From Azolla caroliniana (Eukaryota; Plantae; Polypodiophyta): 64,000 bases of DNA. The stretch lies in assembly GCA_043228905.1 (NCBI GenBank), contig JBHGNT010000017.1, positions 10,168,001 to 10,232,000 on the forward strand, written 5' to 3'. Within the stretch, counting starts at the first letter, position 1, and each line of letters opens with the position of its first letter. The position numbers and the translations under genes are program-made. Shown here in pieces: positions 12,717 through 25,800 of the stretch. The notes under the pieces were generated by a model. It saw only the letters and a program-made list of their open reading frames with translations, was not told where the DNA came from and searched no databases.

Positions 12717-13946
12717 TCCACCCAAGTACAAAGCACAAATTGTCGTGAAAGGCTTTCAACAAAAGAAGGGTGTCGGTTTCGACGAAATATTTGTTCCGGT
12801 CGTAAAGATGACGTCAATCCGAACCGTGTTTAGCATTGCAGCCAACATGGATCTCCAAGTCGAACAACTGGACGTCAAGACTGCCTTCCTCCATGGAGAT
12901 TTGGAGGAAGAGATATACGTGCACTAGCGGGAAGGATTCGTGGAAAAAGGTAAAGAAAATATGGTATGCCGATTGAGGAAGAGCTTGTACGGGTTGAAGC
13001 AAGCTCCTCGGCAATGGTACCGTAAATTTGAATCCTTCATGACCGACAATGGGTACCACAAATGCAGGCTGATCACTGTGTATTTGTGAAGAAATTCACT
13101 CCACCCAAGTACAAAGCACAAATTGTCGTGAAAGGCTTTCAACAAAAGAAGGGTGTCAGTTTCGACGAAATATTTGTTCCGGTCGTAAAGATGACGTCAA
13201 TCTGAACCATGTTTAGCATCGCAGCCAACATGGATCTCCAAGTCGAACAACTGGACATCAAGACTGCCTTCCTCCATGGAGATTTGGAGGAAGAGATATA
13301 CGTGCACTAGCGGGAAGGATTCGTGGGAAAAGGTAAAGAAAATCTGGTATGCCGATTGAGGAAGAGCTTGTACGGGTTTGTAAAAAGTAGCGTGCGGAAG
13401 CAGGTATAAAGAACGAATAGAAGGAAGAAAGACTCATGTTTAATGGAGAGCTTGAGCTTACGCAGTATACGCGGGAGAGACAGAGAGAGTGAGAGAGAGA
13501 GAGAAAAACAGGAACTATATTCAAAAAGGTACTCTATCTCTATTCACTACACTACATACATGTGTGTGTTCAATGAACACTTTTATACAAGTCCTAGAAG
13601 AACTGACCGAAGTACTAACAGTACTTCAATGCTCATTAAGAGCTCCTACACTAACTCCCAAATATATTCCTCACGGAATATCTTCCCTAACGGCCTCCCG
13701 GTTTACGCACCGATCCGGCCCTACCTACGCACCGGTCTGCGTACCGGTTTACACATTCGGCCTAACCGATCGGTCCCAACCGATCTGGTCCTCGGCTTCT
13801 TCAGCCGATCCGGCCGATGTTGAGCTTGTCTCTCAACAGGATTGAAGCAAGCTCCTCTGCAATGGTACCAAAAATTCAAATCCTTCATGACTGACAACGG
13901 GTACCACAAATGCAAGCTGACCACTGTGTATTTGTGAAGAAATTCG
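12717..13946 (+). repeat. ~383-bp tandem duplication in RT; second copy interrupted by a solo LTR
   Basis: TCCACCCAAGTACAAAGCACAAATTG at 12717 and 13100. Confidence 0.9.
13379..13838 (-). mobile_element. Solo LTR of the second copia group
   Basis: TG...CA ends; TSD GGGTT/GGATT; minus-strand start TGTTGAGAGACAAG resembles the LTRs at 44114 and 57510. Confidence 0.88.
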
Positions 13947-16264
13947 ACGAAGGAGATTTCCTCATCCTTCTGTTGTACATGGACGGCATGTTGATTGTCA
14001 GATGGGACCATACGAAGATCTGAGTGCTGAAGAAGGCCTTGAGCAGAACATTCTCGATGAAGGATATGGGTCCGGCAAAACAAATCCTAGGGATGCACGT
14101 TGTTCGGTATCAAACAAAGAAATTGTTGTGGCTATCACAAGAAAAATATGTGACAAAGGTGCTCTAGAGATTCAGCATGGAAAGCGCGAAACCGGTCGGC
14201 TTGACTTTGCCGACGAACTACAAGCTAAGCAAGGAACAATGTCTGAAATTGAAAATCGAGAAGGCCAAGATGTGAAAAGTTCCTTATGCCTCGGCGGTTG
14301 GAAGCATGATGTATGCAATGGTATGTACTAGACCAAACACGCAATCAGCGTGGTTAGCCGATACATGTACAACCCTAGAAGAGAGCATTGGGTTGTCATG
14401 AAGTGAATACTTTGGTACCTAAAAGGCATCTCGAACGTGTGTTTTCGTTTCGGTTCAGGTAACCCCACATTGGAAGGTTATACTAACTCAGACATGTCGG
14501 CTAATATGGATACCAGCCGATCCACGTCCGCGTACGTAATGACTTATGCAAGGGGAGCTGTTTCGTGGCGTTGTCGACCACGAAAGCTGAATATATGTCC
14601 GCAACAGAAGCCGGCAAGGAAATCATATGGATGAAGAAGTTTATCTGTGAACTAAGAATTCGGTAGGAGGAATTCCAACTCCATTGCGATAACCAAAGTG
14701 CCATCCACCTTGCGAAAAATGCCGCCTACCACTCGAGGACCAAACACATCTAGAGAAGATATCATTGGCTCTAAGAGCGAGTAGAAGAAAAGGAGTTTTC
14801 TCTAGTGAAGATCCACACAGCCGAAAATGGATCGGATATGCTGATGAAGGTGTTGTCAACCGAAAAGCTAAACGTGTGCCGATAGAGAGTCAGTTTGGTG
14901 ATGTACCCCATGCCGGAGTGAAGGGGGAGTTTGTTGGGAAACATGTCCCTCTGGATGGGAAGAGAAGTACCGGCCTCGGCCGAAATCGAAATAAAAAACT
15001 AAAATCGTTTCGGAAGACTATAATTGTAAATAGTCTAAAATGCCCTTTGAGGGCTATACTTATAAATAGTCAAAAAGTTAATTTTGTTTGTAAGCAACTA
15101 GGGAAAACTTTAGTAATATGTAGTTGATCATTATTGAAAAGTTAGAACAAGGTACTTGCCTCTGTAACCATGAGTGAAAGTGTGAGAGTGTAACTCTGTA
15201 GCCGTTAGTCAGACGAAGGAGAACTCGAGGTCGTTGCCTCTGAGTTTCGTATTTGTACTTCCTCTCTACTATACTGATTTGGTTTTCTTGGGGTTTGTGG
15301 ACCCCCATGGTTTTTCCCATTTTGGGTTTTCCACATAAAATATCGGTGTCTCTGTGTCTTCACGTTTTTTTGTCTGTGTACTAGTTTCTGGCTTCGGCAC
15401 ACGAATGCGAACGTGCAACCGGTTGTGGACGATCGATTCCTAGCAAGTGGTGCACGTCCTTATACATTCCCAGCCACTAGTACTTCTCTTTCATCTTCTT
15501 GAACATGGCCCATGTCCCTCGATGTTTGGACCAAGAACTCTCATGGAATTCCGTCATCAACACCAATTGGTCTTCTTCCTGCATCACCACCCAGAGCAGT
15601 GCACCTTTCCGCTTCTTCGGATGCCACCAGATTTTCCTACCTCGTAGGAAGAATTTGTAAGCTTTCTTCCAGAGTCAACTCACTTCTTCTTTCGTCCACG
15701 ATGCGTCCATCGTCATCGTGTTCCAGAATCTTCCGATCAGAAGCCACTCCCCATCGTAGTCATCCTCGTTGAACTCGTTCAAGGCCGGACTGCTCTGCTT
15801 GTTCACCAACATTCAAGCCAACTCGAAGAAGTCCACACTAACCTCTTCGTCTTCCAACACCATGCCTTCCTCGTTCTCGAACCATGCTCTTGAGAGCATA
15901 TCGGCCATGGTGTTGTCCTTTTCGGAGATGTGTCGTATCTTTGAATTCAGGGACTTGATATACACGATCCACTTGAGCATTGCCAGGTCCAGAATCGCCC
16001 ATCGGGAAACCATACCAAGGATCGGTAGGTAGTCCGTCTCGATTTTTACTTCCGTCCCAATCAAGTAGTCTCTATCGGCCTTGACCGCCAAAACGATACC
16101 CCAAAGTCAACGTTTAACCCATGCGTATCCTCGTTGCCGCTCGCTCAACACCTTCGCACTTAACCGGATGGGGAACCGTTGTCGTAGTGTAGGTTGCACA
16201 CTATGTGGAAATTATATTTTTGTCCCTCCGGATAGAGAATGGAGTGCTCGGTGAGAACCGAAAG

Positions 16265-16330
16265 AAAACGGCATACCGGCAAGGAGGAAAACGGCATACC
16301 GGCAAGGAAGAAAACGGCATACCGGCAAGG
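16265..16330 (+). repeat. 3x23-bp tandem repeat (AAAACGGCATACCGGCAAGG..) in U3; also at 23585-23650
   Basis: Direct reading of the sequence. Confidence 0.9.
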
Positions 16331-16999
16331 AAGAGCCGGATAAAGAGACATAAATGTAAAAAAAAGAAAGAAATACTCACTACTGCGCAAGGCGTGGTTC
16401 GAACTCTGCACCTCCACGTTGACAAACCCCAACCTTACCATTACATTAACTTATCTTAAGTGTTTTAAATATAGATTTAATACGTATAAGACCTTTATTT
16501 ATGCATACCTTTATTAAAAGGTAAATCGTGTATTTTTTTAATATATGAAAAAAAAAAAAAACACGAGACACTAAAAATAACTCATGCACATCTAGCGTGC
16601 ATGAGCCCTATACTTAGGAAATAAAAAAAAGCATCACATGCACATTTAGTGGACATGAACACTTTTTGTAAAAAAAAAAAAGCATGAAACCATGCTTAGC
16701 TCTTCCTTCCTTACATAAGGAGGAGAGAAATATATAAAGGGTTGTTGATTATTTGGATTAAGTAGTAATCAATACAAAAATTATTCGTGGGATTCACGAT
16801 TTATACATCTACTTCTCTCTTAACACCCTAAGTACCAATTAATATAGTATACTCGTGTGATTCACGAGTTTCTTATCTTTCTCTTTGCTATTTACTCATA
16901 ATTAATCTTTATCTCACGAACTTCTTTCTCCTAGTCCAAGACCTCTGTGGTTCCCACCCGACTCACGCAACGATCCGGAGCCGAAAGGCACGACACAGT

Positions 17000-17017
17000 T
17001 GGTGAACCCGACGTGAA
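17000..17017 (+). promoter_or_regulatory. PBS for tRNA-Trp(CCA)
   Basis: TGGTGAACCCGACGTGAA is the reverse complement of the plant cytosolic tRNA-Trp 3' end; identical copy at 27966-27983. Confidence 0.9.
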
Positions 17018-17033
17018 GACGGGTGGCAAGGAG

Positions 17034-19056
17034 ATGGAGGCTCAACAAGCTAACAATATGATGGCGATGTTCGAACGGATGCTTCAAGAACAACGCACGA
17101 TGTCGGAGATTTCGGCATCAGTAGAGCGGCTCGTGCAACGCAACGGGCAATTTAATGGTAAGGATGTGTCGCGATATTTGCAGGACTACAAGGCGGAGAT
17201 GCTCCGGTGCCGGGCTTCGGAAGGACTGCAAGTGACATCCTTTAACCGGGTGGCGACCGATGGGCTTCAAGGGAGTATCCACGGGTTGCAACAACAAAAT
17301 CCGACGTGGGAAGCATTCGAAGAGGCGTTAAAGACCATGTTTGCCATCGAGGACTCCTCCAAGGCAACGCGGAGGGGATTCGAGGAATGGGTGGAAACGT
17401 CAGGTAAGGGGCTGAAGGTCCTCGAAGTGTTTTCGACATTCGAAAGTCGGTTCGGGAGGTTGTCCGCGAGAGATCAAACTATTCTTGCACCGGACAAAGT
17501 CATCATGTTTTTGCGAGCTGTGGACGTCTGGGACCAGAAAGATCTCGGAGTGCTTCTTGAGGACACGACCACCGAAAGCGGACTCACCGAAACATGGGAA
17601 AGCATGCGGGATATCGTCGCGCGGTACACGAAGAGGGGGCAATGGCTTGCCAACGAAGAAAAGAGGGTTTCGGAACCGATTCCGAAACCGAGAACGGGAC
17701 TGGAAGACCATCAACCGAAGGCTCGGGAGATTACGGCCGAGAAGGGAGTCGACGCGTCTACGGTGGAGCAGCTGCTAAAGGAGATGGAGAATCTAAAGAT
17801 CGCGATGGTGAAGAAGTCGGATGACCGCCCCACAAGCTCCAAATATACGGATCGACGGTGCATATGGTGCGATAGCGCCGAACACGATCGGAGGGATTGC
17901 GACGACCATAAGGAGGCGCTACGACGGGATCTCATCTACTACGAGGGAAACCGGATTCATTCGATGGACTCTCGGAAGCCACTCCGACGGAACTTCCGGA
18001 AAGGCGGCATGAAGAAGGTGCTCGAGGAGGAGTTAGCGGCAAGAAGCAACTATGCGACAACCGCGGGAATATGTGTCGGGGAGTCATCGGGAGCGAAGGC
18101 GTCTTTCTGGCCGGAGGTGCTAGGAAACACCGAGAAAACCGACTCCAACGATATCCGAAACACCGCGGAAGGCGTCCGGGAAGCTACGGGATGGGAGTGT
18201 CCTGTCGACAAGAATAGCATATACGCCCTGTGTCAATTACATGAGGTGTATGTGGACGAGAAATGACGGCGCACGGAGGATGCGGCCGGACCATCGAAGA
18301 TACCGGAAAGCTGGAACTCCGGAGGTAAGGGAAAAGAAAAGGCGACTCCGGCATTCAAGCTCGCCTCGGACATAGAACAACAAACCGACTTGAAAAGAGT
18401 GTTCGAGGAAAGAATCTTGGATAGCCGGGTAACTACTCGGAATAGTGAAGAAGGAGTTTCACGATCTTCTCGTGGATCTCGTGAAAAGGAAGAGACAAAG
18501 TACGGAGGAAAATGCTCCAAGGGTGAATGCAAATACCGTTTCAATGAACGACACCGAAGTGGAAGGCGAAATTCCGAACTCCCACTATACAAGGCCACAC
18601 TGGGCACGTGCGACTACGGAGACTCCGGTCCGAATCGGCAACATCAAAGAACCCGTGCTAGCATTGATTGATCACGGATCGGAGATCAACTTGATGTCCA
18701 AGGAGTTCTACCGAAAGGGGAAGTGGCCTATAAACACCAACCATGGATGGAAGATTCGGGCAGCCACGAAAACGACAGAAGACCTATTTGCGGCGTGTCC
18801 GGATGTGACGGTAAAGATCGGGGATGTCGAAATTGACCAAAATTTCTTTGTGCAGGATGAGGTTTCACATTCTGTCATCCTCGGCCAACCCTTTATCACG
18901 GCTTCACGGATGGAGACGAAGGTGCTCGATAGTGGTGCGGCTTTTGCGCGAATTCGGAGCCAAAACGGAGGGAAATCCGTCCAATTCCTAACGGTGCCGG
19001 CAAATCACGAAAGGAACAAGAGGGAACTCTTGTCCCAAGTGAGAATGGATTTTTAA
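17034..19056 (+). pseudogene. E1 gag-protease ORF1 (one premature stop, one small deletion)
   Basis: CIWCDSAEHDRRDC zinc knuckle; LIDHGSEINLM aspartic protease motif. Confidence 0.9.
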
Positions 19057-19120
19057 AGCGGACTGTTGCGGAGTGGGGAAGTGATAGTCCGAGAAGCCCT
19101 GATACCCCACACAGGAAGAA
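19047..19120 (+). promoter_or_regulatory. -1 ribosomal frameshift signal (G GAT TTT plus H-type pseudoknot)
   Basis: pol is in the -1 frame and open from 19047; stem CGGACTGTTGC/GTGATAGTCCG; loop GTGGGG can pair with CCCCAC. Confidence 0.8.
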
Positions 19121-21986
19121 AACTCTCGGAGCAAAACAAGTACGAATCGGCCCGGATGGGGCATCTACGTACACGGCCGTAACCGGAGGAATGAAGAAAC
19201 AATACCGACAAGTGGAGGATAAGTTACGGTCGGCATCAATAATAAAAGAAGACGAAGAAATCGTGGGAGTGATCGAGGAAGTGTTCTATGGGAATACACT
19301 ACAACGGCTTGAAGAGCTTGCGGAAGATAAAAGCCAAGGGAACCGGGTAGTCCCGGTGGAATCGGTCGAGATGTACGAGATCGCTGCGAAAATGGGGCCG
19401 GATGCGCTCCGCAAAGAAGAAGCAATGGTAAGTACGAAATACAAGACCGTGGATAAGAAGGTGAAACCGGCCGCAGGACCACTACCCGCCGATAGCGAAC
19501 AAAAGAAGAAAGAAGTCTCGGGAGATCCGACACTTCGGAAGTCCGTGGATATCGGACATGCCTTCACAGATGAGACCCGGAAGAAACTTCGGATCGGTGG
19601 AGGTGGGTTCCTCTTACAAGAAGAAGAAAAACGGTTTCGAGAGATGTTGGAGCAACATGGCAAAGCATTCGCGTTCACATCGAGGGAGATCGGATGCATT
19701 GATCCAAAGATAGTGGAGCCGATGGTGATTTTCACGATTGATCATGTACCGTGGAACCTGAAGCCGATTCCGGTGCCACGGGCGCATATTCCGAAAGTCA
19801 TCGACTTGCTCAAGGAGAAGGTGGCGATGGGGATTCTAGAGCGATCAAGTGCTCCGTACTCAAATCGATGGTTTACGGTTCCGAAGAAGAATGGGTCACT
19901 CCGATTCATCCAAGACTTGCAACCGGTGAACAAGGTCACGATCCGGAACTCGGGAGTCGGTCCGATAGTGGACGAATTCGCGGAAGCTTTTGCCGGACGT
20001 GCGATATACTCCATCGGGGACCTATACTCGGGGTATGACCAATTCCAACTAGCCGTGGAGAGCCGAGACATCACTACCATGCGGACACTGATAGGACTAG
20101 TTCGAATGTGCACACTACCACAAGGAGCGACAAACTCGGTTGCACATATGATGAATGCGATGAACAAGGTGCTTCGAGATTGCATCCCGGAGATAACGAT
20201 GCCGTTTCTAGATGACATTCCGATGAAAGGATGCGCGGTGGAAGAAAAAGATGAGACTATGGATGATCGGGGATGCCGAAAGTTCGTGGTCGACCATATT
20301 CATGATTGCGAGAAAGTGTTGCGAAAGCTAGAAGATGTGCACCTAACACTTTCCGGGGAGAAATTGGCATTCGGGCAAGAAGAAATATTGGTGGTCGGAC
20401 ATCTATGTGGACCCTACGGCCGAAGACCGTCACCAACAAAGATCGATGCGATTCAAGCTATGAAGGAAGTATGTGAGTCAACATCGGAAGTCCAAAGGTT
20501 TCTGGGTGCGTGTGCATTCTATCACATATGGATTCCGCACTATGCACATATAGCGGACCCGCTCTATCACTTGTTGCGGAAAGGTAAGAAATTCGAGTGG
20601 AAACCGGAACACACTAAAGCCCTGAGGAAGCTCAAGAAGACACAATGGAGGGCGGAATCACTTAAGAAGCCAAGCTACGAGCGGCCAATCATAGTAACGG
20701 TTTGATACAAGTCCAACCGGTATCGGGTGGGTCATCAATCAAGCCGACTCGGATGGTTCGCGGTATCCGATCCGATTTGGAGCAGAGGTCCTCAACGAAA
20801 GGCAACGCGGATATGCACAAGTCAAAAGAGAATTGTGGGGAGTCGTGTCGGCGATAAAATCGGATCGGGATTATTTGATCGGAGCTGAAGTGGTGGTCGA
20901 GACGGATTGTCTTCCGATACTCGGGATGATGCGGTGTTGTACAATACCGGATGTGGCTATGCTAAGGTGGATTGCATATGTCAAGTCACTTAATCCGGAG
21001 GTTCGACACATCTCGGGGAAGGACAACGCGGTAGCGGACATGTTATCGAGGGCGCGGTTTGAAGACGACATAACCGAATCAGATAATGAAGAAGTTTCCG
21101 AAGACTACTTCACGTCAGAACACATATGCCGAGTGAACGTGATCCGAGAATTCCGGGAAGAAGAATACGAGGGGGAAACCTTGATGATCGGGAAGATGCT
21201 ACAAGAGGTCGAGGATTCAACCAATGATAAAGAAAGGAGAGCCGAGATCCAAAGGAAGAAGAGGCAAGTCCAAAAGTTCTTCTTGGAAAACGGTTTAATA
21301 TGGAGGACGCCGAAAAGACCGGATGGGATACCACTTCGAGTAGTCGGGACGAAAGAGCAACGAAACCGGATAATGTCCGAGTTCCACGAATCCGATTGGG
21401 CTGGACATCGAGGAACATGGGCAACTTTTGTGAAAATCAAGCAAAGATATTGGTGGAAGAACATGTATAAAGATGTCGCGGAGTTCACAGAAAGCTGCGA
21501 GAAATGTCAAGTCTACTCCGGGGTCCGACACCGAGATGAGCTGCATCCGACATTCTCACCGACAATCAACTTCAAGTGGATGGTCGACATTGTAGCTATG
21601 CCGACCGGGATTGGACAAAAGAAATACTTGGTGTTAGCTCGAGAAGATCTCACAAACCAAGTTGAAGGTCGAGCGCTTCGGAGGAAAACGTGTGCCGCGG
21701 TGTGCCAATTTCTTTTGGAAGAAGTGTTTTGTAGGTACGGCTGCGTAGGACAAGTGATTGCGGACCGGGGAGAACTCGACTCGGACAAAGCTAGGGGATT
21801 CTTCGCCAAACATGGAGTTCGGTTAACGTTGACAACGGCCTACAATCCGGAGGCCAACGGGAAGATCGAACGAGGACATAGTCCGATCGTGAAAGCACTT
21901 GCGAAGGCATGCGACGGAAGGGTGAAGGATTGACCACAAATGCTTCCGTATGCACTATGGGCGGATCGGACGACGCATAGCTCCGT

Positions 21987-22855
21987 TGTCGTAGTGTATT
22001 TCGTACACTACGTGAAAAAGTAAAAAATAATATAACCGATTTAATTACATATAAATAAATAAAATAATATATCTAGATATTTATCACGTGCATAGGGCAG
22101 GATTTGAACCCTGTACCTCCATGTAGCCAAACCTCAACTTTACCATTATGCTACCTTATCTTTAGTGTTTTATAAATAGATTTAATAACTATAAGTGCTT
22201 TATTTGCGCCTACCTTTATTAAAAAGGTAAATCATGTATTTTTAAAGTGCGTGAATATTTTATAGAAAAACGCAAGCGACTAAAAAGTGACTCATGCACA
22301 TCTAGCGTGCATGAGCACTATATTTAGCAAATAAAAGCAAGGATTAGAAAAGCATCACATGCATATTTAGTGTGCATGAACATATTAGAAAAAAAAGCAT
22401 GTAGCTATGCTTAGTCTCTCCCATCACTACATAAGGATGGGGAGCACAATGTAATAGTGTGTGAAAAATATTTGGGAAATTGGATATATTTCCTAAAACA
22501 CCAACAATCAATAAAATATACTCGTGGGATTCACGAAGTTTAAGATAATCTATCTCTTTCAATCTAAATTCATATTCTTACATAAATATTGATTAATGTA
22601 ATACTTGTGGGATTCACAAGGTTTGATCTCTTTTCTCAATCTACTCTAATCTATTCTAAATTATTTCAATTTATTACTACGATTTAGATAAACTAAAACA
22701 ATTATACTTGTGGGATTCACAAGTTTCTATATCTCTTTCTTATAATCTATTCATATTCATAACTAGATTAGCCTCAAATTCTTCCTCCTCCTAGTCCAAA
22801 ACCTCGGCGGTTCCCACCCGACTCACGCAACGATCCGGAGCCGAAAGGCACGACA
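21987..22855 (+). mobile_element. Solo LTR of a sister subfamily, inserted in the E1 integrase
   Basis: TGTCGTAG...GCACGACA; TSD CCGT; the uninterrupted site is seen at ~32320. Confidence 0.95.
22090..22156 (-). ncRNA. tRNA-like A/B-box module in gypsy U3 (copies at 16386, 23706, 27360, 33090)
   Basis: Minus strand reads TAGCATAATGGT...GGAGGTACAGGGTTCAAATCC. Confidence 0.6.
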
Positions 22856-25800
22856 CCGTGACCGGTTACATGCCGGCAGAACTCATGACCGGACAAGCAC
22901 CAGTAATGCCAACGGAAACCGCAATCGCGACATGGACAATACTACCGGGAAGAACTACTAGCGGTCTGGATACGACAACTGGAGGGAAGACCGAAAGATG
23001 TAGCGGAAGCGTCACGCCGACAACAAGAAGCACGGTTCCGGAACAAAAGCCGGTTCGACACAAAGCACCGACTACGACCGAGGAGGATTGAAGAAGGAGA
23101 TTGGGTGATCGTCTATGATAGTAGCTTGGACCATCAACATACAACGATGCGGAAATTCGCGAAAAGGTGGTTCGGGCCGTACGAGGTTCGGAAGGTCTTC
23201 GACAACGGGACGTACTGACTGTCCGAGTTGGATGGAACAATACTACGAGTGCCTATAGCCGGGAAGCGGGTGAAGATTTTCAAGAAGCGGACCGACGACA
23301 AACCTTATGTGATCCAAGTCGAGGCCGACAACGAGGAGCAATCGGACGAAGACCACAATGATGCGGGAAGCGAAGAAAGTGGATTACAACTCATAGTCGA
23401 CATAAGGGGAGAATCGGAGGAAGCTTCGGATGAAGACGGATACGAAGAATCAAGAACTTCGGCACATACCGGAGGATGTGCGGGTTTGGAGGGGGCGAGT
23501 GTCGTAGTGTAGGTTGCACACTATGTGGAAATTATATTTTTGTCCCTCCGGATAGAGAATGGAGTGCTCGGTGAGAACCGGAAGGAAACGGCATACCGGC
23601 AAGGAGGAAAACGGCATACCGGCAAGGAAGAAAACGGCATACCGGCAAGGAAGAGCCGGATAAAGAGACATAAATGTAAAAAATAGAAGGAAATACTCAC
23701 TACTACGCAGGGCGTGATTCGAACTCTGCACCTCCAAGTTGACAAACCCCAACCTTACCATTACATTAACTTATCTTAAGTGTTTTAAATATAGATTTAA
23801 TACGTATAAGACCTTTATTTATGCATACCTTATTAAAAGGTAAATCGTGTATTTTTTTTAATATATGAAAAAAAAAAAAAACACGAGACACTAAAAATAA
23901 CTCATGCACATCTAGCGTGCATGAGCCCTATACTTAGGAAATAAAAAAAAGCATCACATGCACATTTAGTGGACATGAACACTTTTTGTAAAAAAAAAAA
24001 AGCATGAAGCCATGCTTAGCTCTTCCTTCCTTATATAAGGAGGAGAGAAATATATAAAGGGTTGTTGATTATTTGGATTAAGTAGTAATCAATACAAAAA
24101 TTATTCGTGGGATTCACGATTTATACATCTACTTCTCTCTTAACACCCTAAGTACCAATTAATATAGTATACTCGTGTGATTCACGAGTTTCTTATCTTT
24201 CTCTTTGCTATTTACTCATAATTAATCTTTATCTCACGAACTTCTTTCTCCTAGTCCAAGACCTCTGTGGTTCCCACCCGACTCACGCAACGATCCGGAG
24301 CCGAAAGGCACGACACCGTGTGTTGTCTTATCTTCCTGATTAACCACCCACCGGATTCCGGTCGAACTCGTATCCACCGTTATGTAAACTGGAGTATCCG
24401 TTTGTATACCACTTTCCAGAGAGCTGGTGTTTCCGTGAGGCTCTCCTTCAGTTTCCAGACCACCTCCGTGTGCTCTGCACCCCATTCGAACTTCCGACCC
24501 TTCTTTAGCAACCCGTAGAGCGGCTCGGCAAGGGGCATGTAGTGTGGGATCCAAATGTGGTAGAAGGCGCACACACCCAGGAATCACAGGACTTCCATGA
24601 CTGACCTGCATTCCTCCTTCATCGCAGAGATGACCTCTACCTTCGCTGGAGACGGTTTCCAGATGTATGGTCCGCACAAGTGCCCCACTACTGGGATCTC
24701 GGATTGTCCAAAAGCTGACTTCTCCCCGAAGAAGGTAAGCCGAGCGCCCTCAAGCTTTTGTAGTATCTTCTCGCAGTCAGAGATGTGGTCCGCGACAAAC
24801 CTCCGACATCCTTCCAGCCCGATCAATTCATCCTTCGCTTCCTCCGGACATCCCTTGATTGGGATATCGTCCAAGAGAGGCATGGTGATGTCCGGGATGG
24901 AGTACCTCAAAACCTTGTTCATTGCATTCACCATGTGCGCCACTGAGTTGGTCCCTCCTTGCGGCAGGGTACACATCCAAATTAGACCGAGAGGGGTTCT
25001 CATCATCGTGATATCCCTACACTCCACGGCTAGCTGGAACTGGTCATATCCAGAGTACAAGTCGTCGACTGAGTAGATCGACCTCCCCGTGAAGGCCTCA
25101 GCAAACTCGTCAATTGTCGGCCCAATCCTTGTGTTTCGAATGGTCACCTTGTTGACAGGCTTGTGAGGAAATAATGCTTGGCCACAACCAAGTCTTCAAC
25201 AAGGAATAGAAGAGAACAACCTAAAACAGAGGTGACATAGGATGTTAACGTGGAAAACCCTAAATAGGGTTAAAACCATGGGAGCGCACAGACTCCAAAC
25301 TATCACTATATGAGAAAGGTACTATCAAAGACTCAGAGGCAACGACCTCGAGCTCTGTATCTTCGCCAGTCGGTGGTTATAATAGAAACTAGTTCTGTAT
25401 ATCTCTCACTCTCTCACTCACTCTATGTATGCCGCAATATATGATAACCCAACTTATCATGTGATTACCCTAAGTCATAGTCATACTTCTATGAGTTTAG
25501 GGCTATTTACAAATATAGTCTCGATGGGCTCACTATAAAACATATTTATACATATATTCTTGGATCCGGTTTCGGGGTCTCATCCGGAACCCTTCCAGAT
25601 CTAGTTTCTTCATCCGACTCATTCGATCCAGCTACTCTAGTTCTCATCCGGAGGGATCGAAATCCCAAAAAACTCCCCCTTCACTCCGGCATTGGATTTC
25701 TCGTTAATTCGATCCATCTTCAGCACGTGTCCAGCTTGTCGGTTGAAAGCACCTTGGTCAGCATATCCGATCCATTCTCCTTCGTGTGGATCTTTGTCGA

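Larger units (their letters stand above)
9327..15445 (+). mobile_element. Ty1/copia element C (Tnt1/Tork-like), decayed, probably recombinant
   Basis: LTRs 9327-9870 and 14932-15445; PBS TGGTATCAAAGC 9874-9885; gag-PR-IN-RT-RH remnants; PPT at ~14920; flanks GTCAT/AGTGG do not form a TSD. Confidence 0.92.
19050..23512 (+). pseudogene. E1 pol (RT-RNase H-integrase), frameshifted and interrupted by a solo LTR
   Basis: ORFs 19191-20705 (FLDD) and 20833-21933 (HHCC, DDE), with the C-terminus after 22856. Confidence 0.93.
16180..24315 (+). mobile_element. Ty3/gypsy element E1 (non-chromovirus, tentatively Phygy-like), near full length
   Basis: 816-bp LTRs 16180-16995 and 23500-24315 (about 10 substitutions); TSD CCGT; tRNA-Trp PBS; PPT 23488-23499; gag-PR and RT-RH-IN. 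Confidence 0.96.
15446..25161 (-). pseudogene. Older gypsy pol remnant (RT-RH-IN) hosting element E1; pieces 15446-16179 and 24320-25161
   Basis: ORFs 24584-25147 and 15813-16091 are homologous to the pol at 29553. Confidence 0.88.

Noticed and set aside
15446-15451. AGTGGT as a PBS after the copia C 3' LTR
   Set aside because: It belongs to the minus-strand host integrase frame (..MYKDVHH).
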